DNA of 15,925 nucleotides from an uncultured delta proteobacterium (lineage in GTDB: Bacteria; Desulfobacterota; RBG-13-43-22). A program made the position numbers and the translations under genes. The stretch spans positions 1 to 15,925 of the forward strand of contig CAVQFQ010000001.1 in assembly GCA_963711835.1 (NCBI GenBank). Reading direction: 5' to 3'. The stretch's first letter is position 1. The number at the start of each line of letters is the position of its first letter. Shown here one piece after another: positions 15,925-15,925 of the stretch. A model generated the notes under the pieces. That model did not search any database and was not told where the DNA came from. It saw only the letters and a list, made by a program, of their open reading frames with translations.

Positions 15925-15925
15925 G

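Overview
Chromosomal window with a gene set typical of Desulfobacterota/deltaproteobacteria (lineage is an inference). From left to right: a 225-bp MITE-like element with 33-bp terminal inverted repeats; a minus-strand TRAP transporter operon (dctP-dctQ-dctM) followed by a stand-alone ABC/AAA-type ATPase; a divergent acyl-CoA dehydrogenase and an ADP-forming acyl-CoA synthetase alpha-type gene broken by about five +1 frameshifts; a selenocysteine tRNA (selC, anticodon UCA) whose 3' 67 bp are perfectly duplicated 734 bp downstream; a miaB - DUF151 nuclease - VanZ - PHP cluster; a frameshifted rhomboid protease; and an ntrY/ntrX-like two-component system with NAD kinase and an unknown exported protein. 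The most notable feature is the 667 bp between the two selC repeats. It contains only a hicB-hicA-like toxin-antitoxin pair in reversed order, with the toxin's GSH histidine replaced by Glu, plus one GTAG-type REP hairpin that supplies the toxin stop codon. There is no integrase, so it looks like a minimal tRNA-Sec-integrated island.
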